A stretch of DNA of 64,000 bases, from NCBI RefSeq assembly GCF_964355755.1, contig NC_092676.1, forward strand, positions 28,476,871 to 28,540,870, read 5' to 3'. Positions 38,624-55,435 of the stretch are shown piece by piece (the first letter of the stretch is position 1; each line of letters begins with the position of its first letter). A program made the position numbers and the translations under genes. Source of the DNA: Antedon mediterranea. Lineage: Eukaryota > Animalia > Echinodermata. Under the pieces are notes generated by a model. That model was not told where the DNA came from and made no database searches. It saw only the letters and a list, made by a program, of their open reading frames with translations.

Positions 38624-39165
38624 TTTGGGGAAAATCTACACAAAAAATAATAAAACTTCTAAACTAAAACTTCTCAACACGTTGACATTACACACATGGC
38701 TGACTTACAGCCTTGTAGATACAGACGTGTATTTGAACAACCACCACCAAAAGACGACTGGTGATTGTGGTTATAATTATCAATCGTTTTTTGTTAATAA
38801 TTTAAACGTAAAAAGGTATTTTTGGTTAATTAGCATTAAATGCTATTCATTTACATATATTTTGGAATTATACTTTACCAAAACATGTAATATAATGCTG
38901 TTTTTTATATATTTTGCGCTAACAGTAAAATATTTAAAGGCCAGTCAAGGCCAAAGGTTATTTAAAATACAATCATTCAACCAATGAAAACAAACCTGAG
39001 CAATCACGATTAACCAATCAGGCAACGTACTCCTCTGGAAACCGCCGGTTTCAAAACAAGTGCTCTGCATAATGATCTTGGTTGCCTGCGAGAGAGTGAG
39101 GCTGTGAAGGAAGTTTGTTTTAAAATTATATTATTTCTATATTTTAGTTTAAAAACTACAACATA
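38624..39165. promoter_or_regulatory. Bidirectional promoter region PINX1/PLK1 with CCAAT boxes and a CHR-like element
   Basis: Divergent start codons 542 bp apart. CCAAT at 38981 and 39014, CCGCC at 39042, and TTCAAA (reverse CHR TTTGAA) at 39050-39055. Confidence 0.7.
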
Positions 39166-44174
<5,009 letters not shown>

Positions 44175-44630
44175 ATTATTGAAAGAGAGAGACATAAGCA
44201 TTGTTGTACATAGAGATTATACAATATCGCCTTTCTAATAGTAATACAGTATATGTAATTGCTCAATCAATTACATTATAGTAATAATATGAATACGAAG
44301 TGTTCGGTCCTTTACATTGTTCTCTGGCAAAACATACTGTAACTAATTAGCAAAAAATTATGGTTAACAGTTGATTGTCGGTAGGCCTATGGTACGCTTT
44401 ATATGAATAAATCATGCATGTACTCTTACTGCTCTTAAATTAACGGATGCGCAAATTTATATTACGCAAACTAAATGTTTGTACAGTATACATGAAATTG
44501 GCAAATAATAATTTTTAATAGATGTTTTATTTGCCCACCTTATAAATTATTATTATACTTGAGTGAGTTGCCACTATTTTTATCTAGCATTTTGTATTTT
44601 ACATTTTTTATGATTTTTTTTACTGTAGGG

Positions 44631-44789
44631 GCCACATTGATTATTACAAGGAATGGCTCTAAGCCTACAGTTGTTGTTTTGTATGGGGTATGGGATGGGC
44701 TGCTGCGTTCCACATTCATTATTAGAAGGAATGGCTCTAAGCCTACAGTTGTTGTTTTGTATGGGGTATGGGATGGGCTGCTGCGTTCT
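44631..44789. repeat. 78-bp tandem duplication downstream of the PLK1 stop (probable 3' UTR)
   Basis: CCACATT.ATTATTA.AAGGAATGGCTCTAAGCC...GGGCTGCTGCGTTC twice. Confidence 0.9.
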
Positions 44790-45002
44790 CAAAACAACAG
44801 TAGTAGTTCATTATTACTGTTGATCGAGAAATTTGTATCATTTTTGTATATAAACTATGTTAAATGTCAATGTTACAATGTACAGATCACTGTTTTTGAA
44901 ATCTTATGTGTTATGATTATATTGATGTATTTAGAATAAATTGTAGATACTGAAGTAAATGTGAGTTTTTTTATTATTTAAAATGCAAACATTGTATTGT
45001 AA

Positions 45003-45128
45003 AGCTTTGTCTACACTATCAAACTAGTTTCACAAAAAAAGTGTGATATGGCCAAATATAGTGGTGATATGTCCAAATATGGTACAGTAGTTATATGACA
45101 TCAAATTTGTTGTCGCATTAATGGAGCT
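45003..45128. mobile_element. MITE family A copy (reverse) between the PLK1 and PIGV 3' ends
   Basis: TIR AGCTTTGTCTACACTATCAAAC, inverted internal repeats. Confidence 0.7.
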
Positions 45129-45331
45129 TTAGCAGTGCATTGAATGTAAACTAAAGCTCTTCTTTCTTTACTTGCACAATTCAGCTTATGTCATTCATCA
45201 GTAATGTAATCTGGTGCTAGGCTTAAGGATATTTACACAGATACCTTTGTTTTTAAAAGTAAAGTTTATTTAAGTCTGTAATAGTTAATACTGTACTGTA
45301 TATCATTTTTTGGTAGTAAGTAGAATATCGG

Positions 45332-47124
45332 TTAGGTCCATGGAAGAAAATTGCAATGCAATAACACACCAACAACACAATAACTTAGAAAATAAAATAA
45401 GATGAGTTTAGTGTTGAAATCATCTATAGCAAAATGTTTATAGAAAGTAGAAATGGTATTGTGGTCATCTTTAGCAAGAGCTTTCCTTTTTAGATGTCCT
45501 TTTGATTTTATAACCGAAGCAACGTACCAATAGAACGCTGGACAACAGGAGCAAATTAATCTTGTTGTAACCTGAAAGAAAATTTTGAACATTTATGAAA
45601 TGTTTTTATGAGCCAAAGGTGAACAATACAGCAAATTTAAAATGTTGCATATACCCTACCTCAATATTAATACAAGTTGTTGCAAAAACAACTAAAGTAC
45701 ACAGATGAACAATGTAAACAAAGACGGCCTCTGACATGTAACCAATGGTTACTGACGTCCTCTTGCGAAATTCAAGAAACTTAACTGTATTCCAATTCTT
45801 CCAGCTGTATATCCAAACAGCGCAGATGCATATTACTACCATCGGAAAAGCGAGAATAAAATTCGGAATCTTTTTAAGTTGATAGTACTTCAGAAAACCA
45901 ACGTCCCAGTAATGGTTTTGGATGTACGAGTAAAGTAAAGGCGGTCGGTCATCACACCACGATGGCGCCCTTGTCCTGATTGCTATATTCTTGCCAGAAA
46001 TGTAGTCCGTTAAAAATTTAAGAATATTGTCATAATCTGTACAAAAGTTTAAAAAACCATAACATTGATAAACAAAAAATGGCAATACAATTGCGGCTAT
46101 GCTCAATAGTATAATGAATCCATTTTTACAACAAGTTAAAATTAATTTAAATATTGAAAAATGATGTTTTATGCTTATGTAATGAATAGTTTGCCAAGTC
46201 ATTTTATACAAGACGAAACCACACGATACCATTCCATTCGACCTGGTTAGAGTTGAAAGTGCGAAGGTCAAAGCTGAAGTAGCATACCATCCTTGTTCTA
46301 TAAGTATCATTCCGTAGAATGTCAGTGCCGCGAATAAAGTTTCCGTGTAGGTCGAAGAAAAGAACACAGAGGCTGGATTTATGCAGAATAGTAATGCGGA
46401 GTTATAAGCTAATTTAGCATCATTTAAAACAAGTTCACTCAGAATGTATATCCCATATGCCGCGAGTGTGAATGATATGACATTAATTACTAAAGCAGCG
46501 AGAAGTAGACGACTATACACCGAGAGAATCCATTGCAATGGAAGTAGAACTGTGTTGGCAACCATCGACATCATCATTGGTAGTAATGGAAAGAAGGCGT
46601 ATTGTCTTTCTTTTATGTAGCCATTTTCGGCAATTGATAGAAAGTGAGCACCATCCCATTTCCCAAATCCTCCGAAAAAAAAATTGACAATTTTGTCACC
46701 GAAGGATGATTTCTGGGCTGATTTGTAGTGGAATGCATCCGCATCATGATCTGGTATTAGGTTATTGAAGACAATCTATCAAAAAATAACAATTTAGAAA
46801 TAAAAATTATCGAAAATAAATATTTAATTTAACAGAAAGGCCTCACATATTATGTATTTATGCAATTTAGGCTTGCATGGCGTTCCATACACAGTCACTC
46901 CATACTTCAACAACAACAAAAAAACACTCGCCTAGAGTAGTATAAACCTTGCTATCTGATAATTTAGACAGATTGCAATCAAATTATAATAACAAATATT
47001 ATCATTATAATATATATAGACAATTTAAAATAATTTAAATTAATAATCGTACTTGTAACACAATAATAAGGACCCTTGACACAAGAGCGGTTTTGATAAC
47101 TTTACGTTTCATGGAGGCCGCCAT
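45332..47124 (-). CDS. PIGV: GPI mannosyltransferase 2 (PIG-V), 3 exons, ~475 aa
   Basis: Exons 47124-47053, 46775-45660 and 45571-45332. Motifs: LIPDHDADAF, KWDGAHFLSIAENGY, YAFFP, NPASVFFSSTYTETLF, RSNG, YIQNHYWDVGFLKYY and C-terminal NFLPWT. Multi-pass hydrophobic protein. Confidence 0.95.
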
Positions 47125-47388
47125 GTTGAAGCAATTCCAATAATTTGATATTTATTTAAACGAAAAATACATTTCATCTAAAATTTATAGAAATTAACGT
47201 AATATTTTAATATATATGACAAAACTCATTATTATTTAATTAAAATATATATTTAAGACGCCGAAATGTAACCAACTTTCTCAAGTCCGTACATATTTAT
47301 GGAACAGGTTAAAGGTTATTAAAGAGCTTGGGTTTGTTGTGTTTTTGGTCGGAACCTTTGTTTATGTACCTTTATAATTTTGCAAATT
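47125..47388. promoter_or_regulatory. Bidirectional promoter region PIGV/TADA3
   Basis: Divergent ATGs only 264 bp apart. A YY1-type motif CAACATGGCGGC overlaps the PIGV start codon. Confidence 0.7.
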
Positions 47389-50300
47389 ATGGCTGATCAA
47401 AAAGATTGTCCTCTCCAATTTTCTGAATTTAAAGAAATAGATCATTGTAAAACATGTCCAAGATATTCCTCTGGTAATTAGGTTGCTATGAACAATTATA
47501 AATAGCTTTATCTAGACTGCATTGAGAGTGAGAGTTAGGCTCTGCCTCGCCCTTTGCGAGCGGGGTGTTACACGTACACAGAACGTATTGATTCTACTCT
47601 CTGTGGTACACGTAATACGATTTTATAGGCCTAGCCCACAATCATACAATGATATTTTTTAAATAGTACGCTAATACAAATATTTTCTTTCTGCAAGACT
47701 TTGGTTGGTGTATCTTTTGTTTGGTATTACACCTATTTTGTATTGAATTTATTTCTGCAAAATTTTGAAAGACATTTTTTGGGGAACAAATTTTTTTTTT
47801 TAGTTCTTGGGAGACCGGATGAGGAAGGCATTGCAGTGGAGGAGATCGACACATTGCAGCTAGAACTGGAGACACTGTTGGCAGCTGTGAGCCTACGGAT
47901 GCAACAACTCCACACAGAGACGCAGGTTTTGCAAGACTGGCAAGATAAAAAAGATGGCAAGAAGACTGGAAAACCGTTTGGTGTATGATTATTATCTTTT
48001 TTAATGTCATTGATATTGTTGCCATGTTTTGAGAGGAGAACTGTAGATGTATCACACTTTATGTATGTATATTTAGTATATTTTTACTGTATTTTTTACA
48101 GAAAGAAGAATCCAGCCCTGGGAAGCGTGGTCGCGTTGATGAAAAGTTAGAAAAACCCATGAAAAAAGTGAAAGAATCTGGCAAACTTGGTGTTCCTATG
48201 CCTTCTGGTCCTGGCAGACCCAAAGCCAAAAATATTCAGGTTAGTCTCGTTCCTATTAAATATTTTACATTCACATTATAGCTCTAGCTTCAGATTATTT
48301 GAATGAATTAAATGAACATTTTTTCTTCTAAAATTTCAACTTATTTATTCTTCACAGCAAAAACTACAAGAATATGAATTTATAGATGAACCTCTAGAAA
48401 TTCCACGAGTGCCACGGAATGACGTTCCCGACAGATTCTGGACGTCTGTGGAACCGTATTGTGGAGATATCACCACTGAACATATGAAAACGTTACATGA
48501 GTTAATACAGGCACACGAAAACGACGCAGAATACTTCAAAGTTCCCCCTCTAGGTAGACATTATTCAACACGGTGGGCGCAAGAAGATCTTCTAGAGGAA
48601 CAGAAAGAAGGTACAGTAGTATTCAATTTTTTCTAATTTGTGTTTGAATACTGATTGCGAGATTTGTTTGGTGAATCATACATTTGTGGTTTTAATTAAA
48701 GGTGGACGTATTGCAGAAAAAAAGAAAAGTTTATCTGGTAACACGACTCCTTCACAGGGCAGAGAAGTAAAAGGCATGTTGAAAAGGGTGGAAGCATTGT
48801 AAGTACACAACAATAACATTCATGAACAAAGAGCCATTAGAAATAAGTTAACTTGATTATTCATCCTTTAAGCTCTGTCTACACTATCAAACTTGCTGGA
48901 TAAAAAAAATGTGATGTGCCCAAATATGGTAGTGATATGACATTATTATGTCCATATATGGGCACATCACATTTTTTTGTCACATTAAGTTTGATAGTGT
49001 AGACAGAGCTGCTCTTGAGAGATGAGGGTTGTCTTTTTTGCTGCATTATACCCATGTCAACACTTTCCTATGCCCATGTACACACAGAGGTAGAAAAAAA
49101 ATGAGTATCCCATTTTCCAACAAGACACCACCCCAAGAAAGTCTGCTCGAATTTTCAATCAAGTCATTGATGATTCCTTTGACAAATAATATTGTAATTA
49201 ATATAATACATATTCCAAAATCTTTGAGAAATCAAATGATTATAGTAAGAGGGAAGTCATGATTTGACGTTTCAATCTTTATTGATTCCTGGTGATGATC
49301 AAATTATTTTAAATCAAACATTTTATTTCATTTGAAGACGTGAAAGGGAATCTGACGTGTGTCCGTTTGGCCCACTAACTCAAAGGTTGATATCAGCACT
49401 TGTAGATGAAAATATTATGATGCCAATTGAAGATATTATTATGGAAACAAACAAGGTGAGTATTCACTGTGCAAAGAGATTATATCATTGACTAGAGAGT
49501 GAACTAGCTGACAGTAAACTGACTCCTTATAAGGACTGCCATATATATATATCTGTTAAAACATATTATTTATAAAAATAATAATCTAAATTGAATAATA
49601 GTAGGGGGCGGGATTTCAAACTAGCGTATCTGGTTGGCCAATTGGTGCAGCCCACTTTTTTTGTTGTGATTACATTAAATGAACAGACTGTAGTCCAGAC
49701 TCGCTAAAATCCACACTTACCTCAAAAGCAGAATTTCATTCATTTTATACAGACAGATTAACCAAACCTTTGTTGCTGATTTTATTTCTAACTTAATTTT
49801 TGCTGGTTTTTTTCTTTTTATTTCAGGTTGAGACACCAGTTGAAGCCAAAGAGTCACCAAAGCAGAATAACAGGCCGTTCTCAGTACCACACACGAGGGC
49901 GCTAGAAGCTAGGATTAGAGAGGAACTCTTCAACCAAGGTTAGTCATAATATACTATATGATAGCAATATTCTAGATTGTAAACTTTCTAAAGTTCAAAC
50001 TTTATGTGACCAAAAAATGTGATGTGCACATATTTAGACATCATGATGTCATCTCACTACCATATTTAAGCATATCACTACCATATTTGGTCACATATTT
50101 TTTGTTAAACTAGTTTGATAGTGTAAAAAAATGTGATGTGCACATATTTAGACATCATGATGTCATCTCACTACCATATTTAAGCATATCACTACCATAT
50201 TTTGTCACATTTTTCAAACTAGTTTGATAGTGTAAACAGAGCTTAAAAGGTTTGGTAATTTAAAATGTAAATATAAGTGTTATTGATAATGATTCTGTTA

Positions 50301-50654
50301 TATATAGGATTGTTAGATTTTGATGACAAAGCATCGGAAGGTGAAGAAGATGAGGTATTAGGAGAACTGCAAAAACGTCAAGCAGAGTTGCGCGCCCTCT
50401 GTGATCGAAACCAAAGTCAGAAACAACGTCTTTACAAACTCGCTAAGGATCAAATGAAACGACAGGAACTACGACAGAAAATGCGAGGAGCCGACAATGA
50501 GGTGTTGGAGTGCTTCAGAAGACTGATGGCTGCCAGACAGAAAAAAAGATCACCGACTAAAAAAGAACGCGACCAAGCTGCTCGAGCATTACGAGATAGA
50601 GATGCTGCAGTGCGCCAACTAGAGGCCATGGGACCTGAATTCTATTCCTGTTAA
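47389..50654 (+). CDS. TADA3: Transcriptional adapter 3 (SAGA/ATAC HAT module), 8 exons, ~442 aa
   Basis: Exons 47389-47473, 47804-47982, 48102-48239, 48358-48610, 48702-48798, 49338-49455, 49827-49938 and 50308-50654. Motifs: KDCPLQF, DTLQLELETLL, DRFWTSVEPYC, CPFGPLTQRLISALVDENI, DEVLGELQKRQAEL, KKRSPTKKE. Confidence 0.96.
48871..49010. mobile_element. MITE family A copy (reverse) in a TADA3 intron
   Basis: Both TIRs intact. Confidence 0.85.
49996..50243. mobile_element. MITE family A tandem dimer in the last TADA3 intron
   Basis: Body duplicated (AATGTGATGTGCACATATTTAGACATCATG twice); right TIR intact. Confidence 0.75.
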
Positions 50655-50744
50655 CACGCTGTTGTTGTAAACAAACTTCAGGTGTGCTAACTATTTACAG
50701 CAATAGTGATACTTAACTGATTTTACAAAAAATGTATAAATAAA

Positions 50745-50894
50745 ATATGGACATGATGATGACATATCACTAACATATTTGGGTATATCAGTACCATATT
50801 TGGTTATATTAGTACCATATTTGGTTATATCAGTACCATATTTGGGCACGTCACACTTTTTTTGTCAAACTAGTTTGATAGTGTAGACAGAGTT
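50745..50894. mobile_element. MITE family A copy (5'-truncated) downstream of the TADA3 stop
   Basis: Four internal repeats and the right TIR. Confidence 0.75.
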
Positions 50895-51249
50895 TAAGAA
50901 TATTGTCATTGTATTGTATTCTGTAATAAAAGTAAGAGAAATCCCCTAATTTCATATTGCCATTGATTAAAAAGATGTTATATTAAATTAATAATACAAT
51001 GACCTTATTTGGTCTTGAATTGTGTATATTGTATAAAAAAACCTGAAAGATTATGGCAATGAATTAAAATACTTTTACTTTTATTTCCGTAAACTTTACA
51101 ACAATACTAAATAGTTGCACGCAGTGTCAACAAAAACAGTAACAATGAATTCAGATTATTTCAATGCTTTTGTAAATATTTGTATATAATTAAATTGTAG
51201 TATTTACTAGAAATATCCTACTTTGTCATAATGTGTTGTGTGCATGTTA

Positions 51250-51960
51250 TATTTGGCCATTTTTCGAAACAATCCCTGTACTATGGCCAAAAAAACTGGT
51301 TACTATGACTATAAAATGATGATAATGCAATATATACGCATATGACAAAATTATTGCATAAAAATTGAATTAATATTTTGGGCATTTTAAAAAATAGCAC
51401 AGGGAAATTTTCGAAAAATGACCAAATTTCGACCTTTTTATTTATTGATAAAAGTGGTTACTATGACTCTATAAGATGATGATAACGCAATATATGACAA
51501 TATTATTGCATAGTACAGGAAAATTTTTGAAAAATGACCAATTTTCGACCTTTTTATTTTTCGATATAACTGGTTACTATAGCATAATTGACATGCGCAG
51601 AACCCATTATTCGACTCTGCACATGTTTATTATGCTATAGTAACCATTTATGTCTAAAAATAATTTTCGACCATTTTATTTTTTGACATAACTGGTTGCA
51701 ATAGCATAAATGACATGCGCAGAACCCATTATTCGACTCTGCGCATGTTTATTATGCTATAGTAACCATTTATGTCTAAAAATAAAAGGGTCGAAAATTG
51801 GTTATTTTTCGAAAATTTCCCTGTACTATAGTACAGGGAAATTTTCGAAAAATGACCAAATTTTGACCTTTTTATTTATTGATAAAACTGGTTACTATGA
51901 CTCTATAAGATGATGATAACGCAATATATACGCATATATGACAATATTATTGCATACAAA
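51250..51960. repeat. Composite foldback/palindromic repeat block
   Basis: Direct and inverted copies of TAGTACAGGGAAATTTTCGAAAAATGACC..., a palindrome centred near 51829, and two internal hairpins. Confidence 0.8.
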
Positions 51961-53929
51961 TTGAATTTTAAAAAGTCGATTTATACAAATGAAATGAAAT
52001 AAGAACATTATGCCAAGACATATTTATATTTTATATTTATTGCGTTCACTCGGTTATATATACACGGCAAGAATATAAGGGAAAGAACAACCCTTGTTTA
52101 TAAAGTAATATACACACTGAGGAGGAGGATTTAAACAACCTCACAATGGATGTTACAAAAACAAACACTATATTTGATAGCAGCTTGCACTTTCACAACT
52201 TTCAAAACCTACCAACAAGTTTATTAATATAGTATTTTAACACTTTATGGCGCCATATGAAAATATATGTTTTTTTATTAGAGGCTTAACGATGGAGGAA
52301 GGCCCTTTACTACAATGTTGAACTGAGAATAATCAAAGAATATTCTTTAATATCTGCTGATACTGACCATTCTGATTATTAAGGACTAGCTGCCTGAAGT
52401 TGATGGTGCAGCATTCAGATATGATGCTCACAGACAACCATTAATAGGAAACTTCTGATTTGTGACCAACCTACGACCTAAGACGAAGTTACATCATGTT
52501 AAGTCATGGTGCCATGTAGGGATCACATTAGGATCACTGGATTCTAAGTCTAGGTGACAACAAAAGTCACAATTATGTAGTCCAAGTCGTCACAAATCTA
52601 GAAGTATTTCCTAATTGTACAAATTAAGAACAATCAATGACTCTACTATGTGCATTAGAGTGATGACTAGAAGTACAAGCAATCCAAACTGCTTATATCA
52701 TATAATATGCTTTTTACAATGTTCTTAAAAACTTTAAGTCAGTTCATCACAATCACTATCCACTTGCTTCACATTAATATACAAAAATTCACAATTTAAA
52801 AAATGCATAGATCAACATAGTTGGGTGGTTAAATTTACAAGTAGCGCATTGTGTAGGTATCAGATACCTTGCTTAACCTCTCTATGTACAGAAATGTTGC
52901 TAAAATGATCATCTTTTAAACTCAAGAAAAGCTGGTGTTAGAGGGTTTAAGGAGGACCAGGTGAGGGGTGGGGCAGCTTTCTTGCTGGCCACAGCCTCAC
53001 ATTAGACCATCTTTTCACGTAAGTATCTCTCACTAACAAATTTAGTATTGATTTTGTTTATTATTTTAGCAAAATTAAGTACAATATAACAAATCTTTAA
53101 TTTATTATACAATAAATGAAATATCTACTATAAATCTTTTATAGGACAGAGTTAGAACGAAACTCCTTCGCATACAAATCTAAGCATGTAGCCGTAGGCC
53201 TACAAATGTGGTAACATTTTGTACATGTTATGAATAAACTTCAATTGAATAAAACATTATTTATTCATCCACCTACACCTGAATACATACAATCATGTTT
53301 CAAAATATTACTATTTTAATCGTTATTAAAAATATTTAACAATCATTGACTTTTTCCACATATATTAAATGACCATACTGTACAAGCTTTCAGTACATAA
53401 AATCGATTTTTTACAACCTTCCAAAGATGTTTTAATTCAAACATATTTGGTAATTTTGAGTTCAATATTAAACACAATTGTTTAAAAGGAAGTATTTAAA
53501 TAAGAGATACAGATTGCGTTTATGTATACTGTTAAAAAATATTGCTATTTTTGAAAAAATAATTTAAGTTACAGATCACTGGTTTCAATTTTTGTAAACA
53601 TCATTTCAGTGGTGTTTAAAAACATCCAGCATAGTAATATTGCAATCCAAAACATTTCAATCAAAAAATATTTATAAACACTATTTTAAATATAAAACAA
53701 CTATAGTCAGAATACTTATCAATCAATCTTTAAAAACAGTTATATAATATTTCTATTTATGAATAAATTATAAATTTGTTTAACTTAAATTATATAGCGA
53801 TATATAAATATGCCGCAAGCACTGAATTATAAAATACTGTACAAAAAAGTGTTGCGAAGGTTCAGTGTTTAACTCTGTCCTTTTATTGTAAAAGACATTT
53901 GAACCAGTCAGTCTCAATTAGATCATACA

Positions 53930-54025
53930 TCCCCATATAAGGAAAAAGCAATCCATATAAGGAAACAAGCAATCCATATAAGGAAAATGCAATCCATATT
54001 AGCAAACAAGCAACCCATATAAGGC
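53930..54025. repeat. Degenerate ~21-bp tandem repeat (AAGCAATCCATATAAGGAAA)
   Basis: 4-5 copies. Confidence 0.7.
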
Positions 54026-54799
54026 AAAGACAACTTTCAGGATAATATATCAAGAAAATAAGTCTCATCAATTCTGATGATAAAAGAAAAATGAGAAATC
54101 CAAATTCATTTGGATGCCATTTATGGAATGTTCAAAATTGTTTTGAAAGTGTGATAACATACTAAAAGTCCAGTTGATTTTTTCAATCATTATGACCAGA
54201 ACTATTTCAAATACATATTTTGCTAAATATAGGTCAAAGTATGTCATATGATCTTTAAAATGAGTTGATATTATTAAATCCTGAGTCGAAACATTCCAAA
54301 GAATAAATTAAATATAATATTTGTGCATCTCTATGAGACAACAGAATATATATTTTTCAATAAATATTTAAAATGTATTTACATACTGCTCCTGCAGTGC
54401 TTCACAAATTTTTACTTAAAATATATTTTTGATAAAATTGTTTTATCAGAAAATTGGTCGATCAACAACCATCTGATATTGTTACTACTCAATTTCTACC
54501 ATGAAAATTTACAGTTTTCAATATAACTATTGTAAAATACTTTAGAAAATAATCGCTACGAAAAAATATGAATATTTCCTTGTAGTGCCACGAAAATAGC
54601 GATTAAGAATGATGCCTTCTAGATGTTGTAGCGTCATCATTCAAATTATGTAATGCAATAATCACTGGAAAACATTGCCACAGGAGGCATAGTAGAAAAA
54701 CCGTCACAGAAAATATTAAATTCCAAAATGAGTAGTCGTGTAGTATGTGTGAGCGGGAACAGCTTTGTTTGTGCTACGCTGGTGCTACATTTACTCTCT

Positions 54800-55150
54800 G
54801 AACACTATGCTACAACCATATGTGGCTGGCAGCACTCTGTACACTATGCTGCACCCATGTGTGGTGCTATTCTACACCCATGTGTGGCGTTATGCCACAC
54901 CCATGTTTGGTGGTATGCTACACCCATGTGTGGCACTATGCTACACCCATGTATGGTGCTATGCTACAACCAAGTGTGGTACTATGCTACATCCTTGTGT
55001 GGCACTATGCTACACCCATGTGTGGTGCTATGCTACACCCATGTGTGGCGCTATGCTACACCCATGTGTGGTGCTACGCTACAACCATGTGTGGTGCTAT
55101 GCTACAACTTTGTGTGGTACTATGCTACACCCATGTGTGGTGCTATGCCA
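54800..55150. repeat. 23-bp minisatellite (CTATGCTACACCCATGTGTGGTG)~15
   Basis: Tandem array; explains the three overlapping spurious ORFs. Confidence 0.92.
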
Positions 55151-55435
55151 CAAAGCAGTTCATTCAACAAAATGCAAATTGTAAAATTGCATCACATTCC
55201 ATTCCTGTATCTCAAACATCCTTTTTAAAAAATGGCAAAATACTTTATTGACTTGTAGCCAGACTGGACCATATTTATTACAGGTATGGACATGCACTTA
55301 ACCTCTGACCTAAGCACCTTTCCATCAATAAAGACCTGTCCTCTTATAAATCATTCCCACTTCCAAAAGTTTTGCCAACTTTCTAAGGAACAGCTTATAG
55401 CACCGAAATATGCATAAAATGATATAAAAGCAGCT

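Noticed and set aside
54728-55251. Three overlapping Cys/His-rich ORFs
   Set aside because: Artefacts of a stop-free 23-bp minisatellite.
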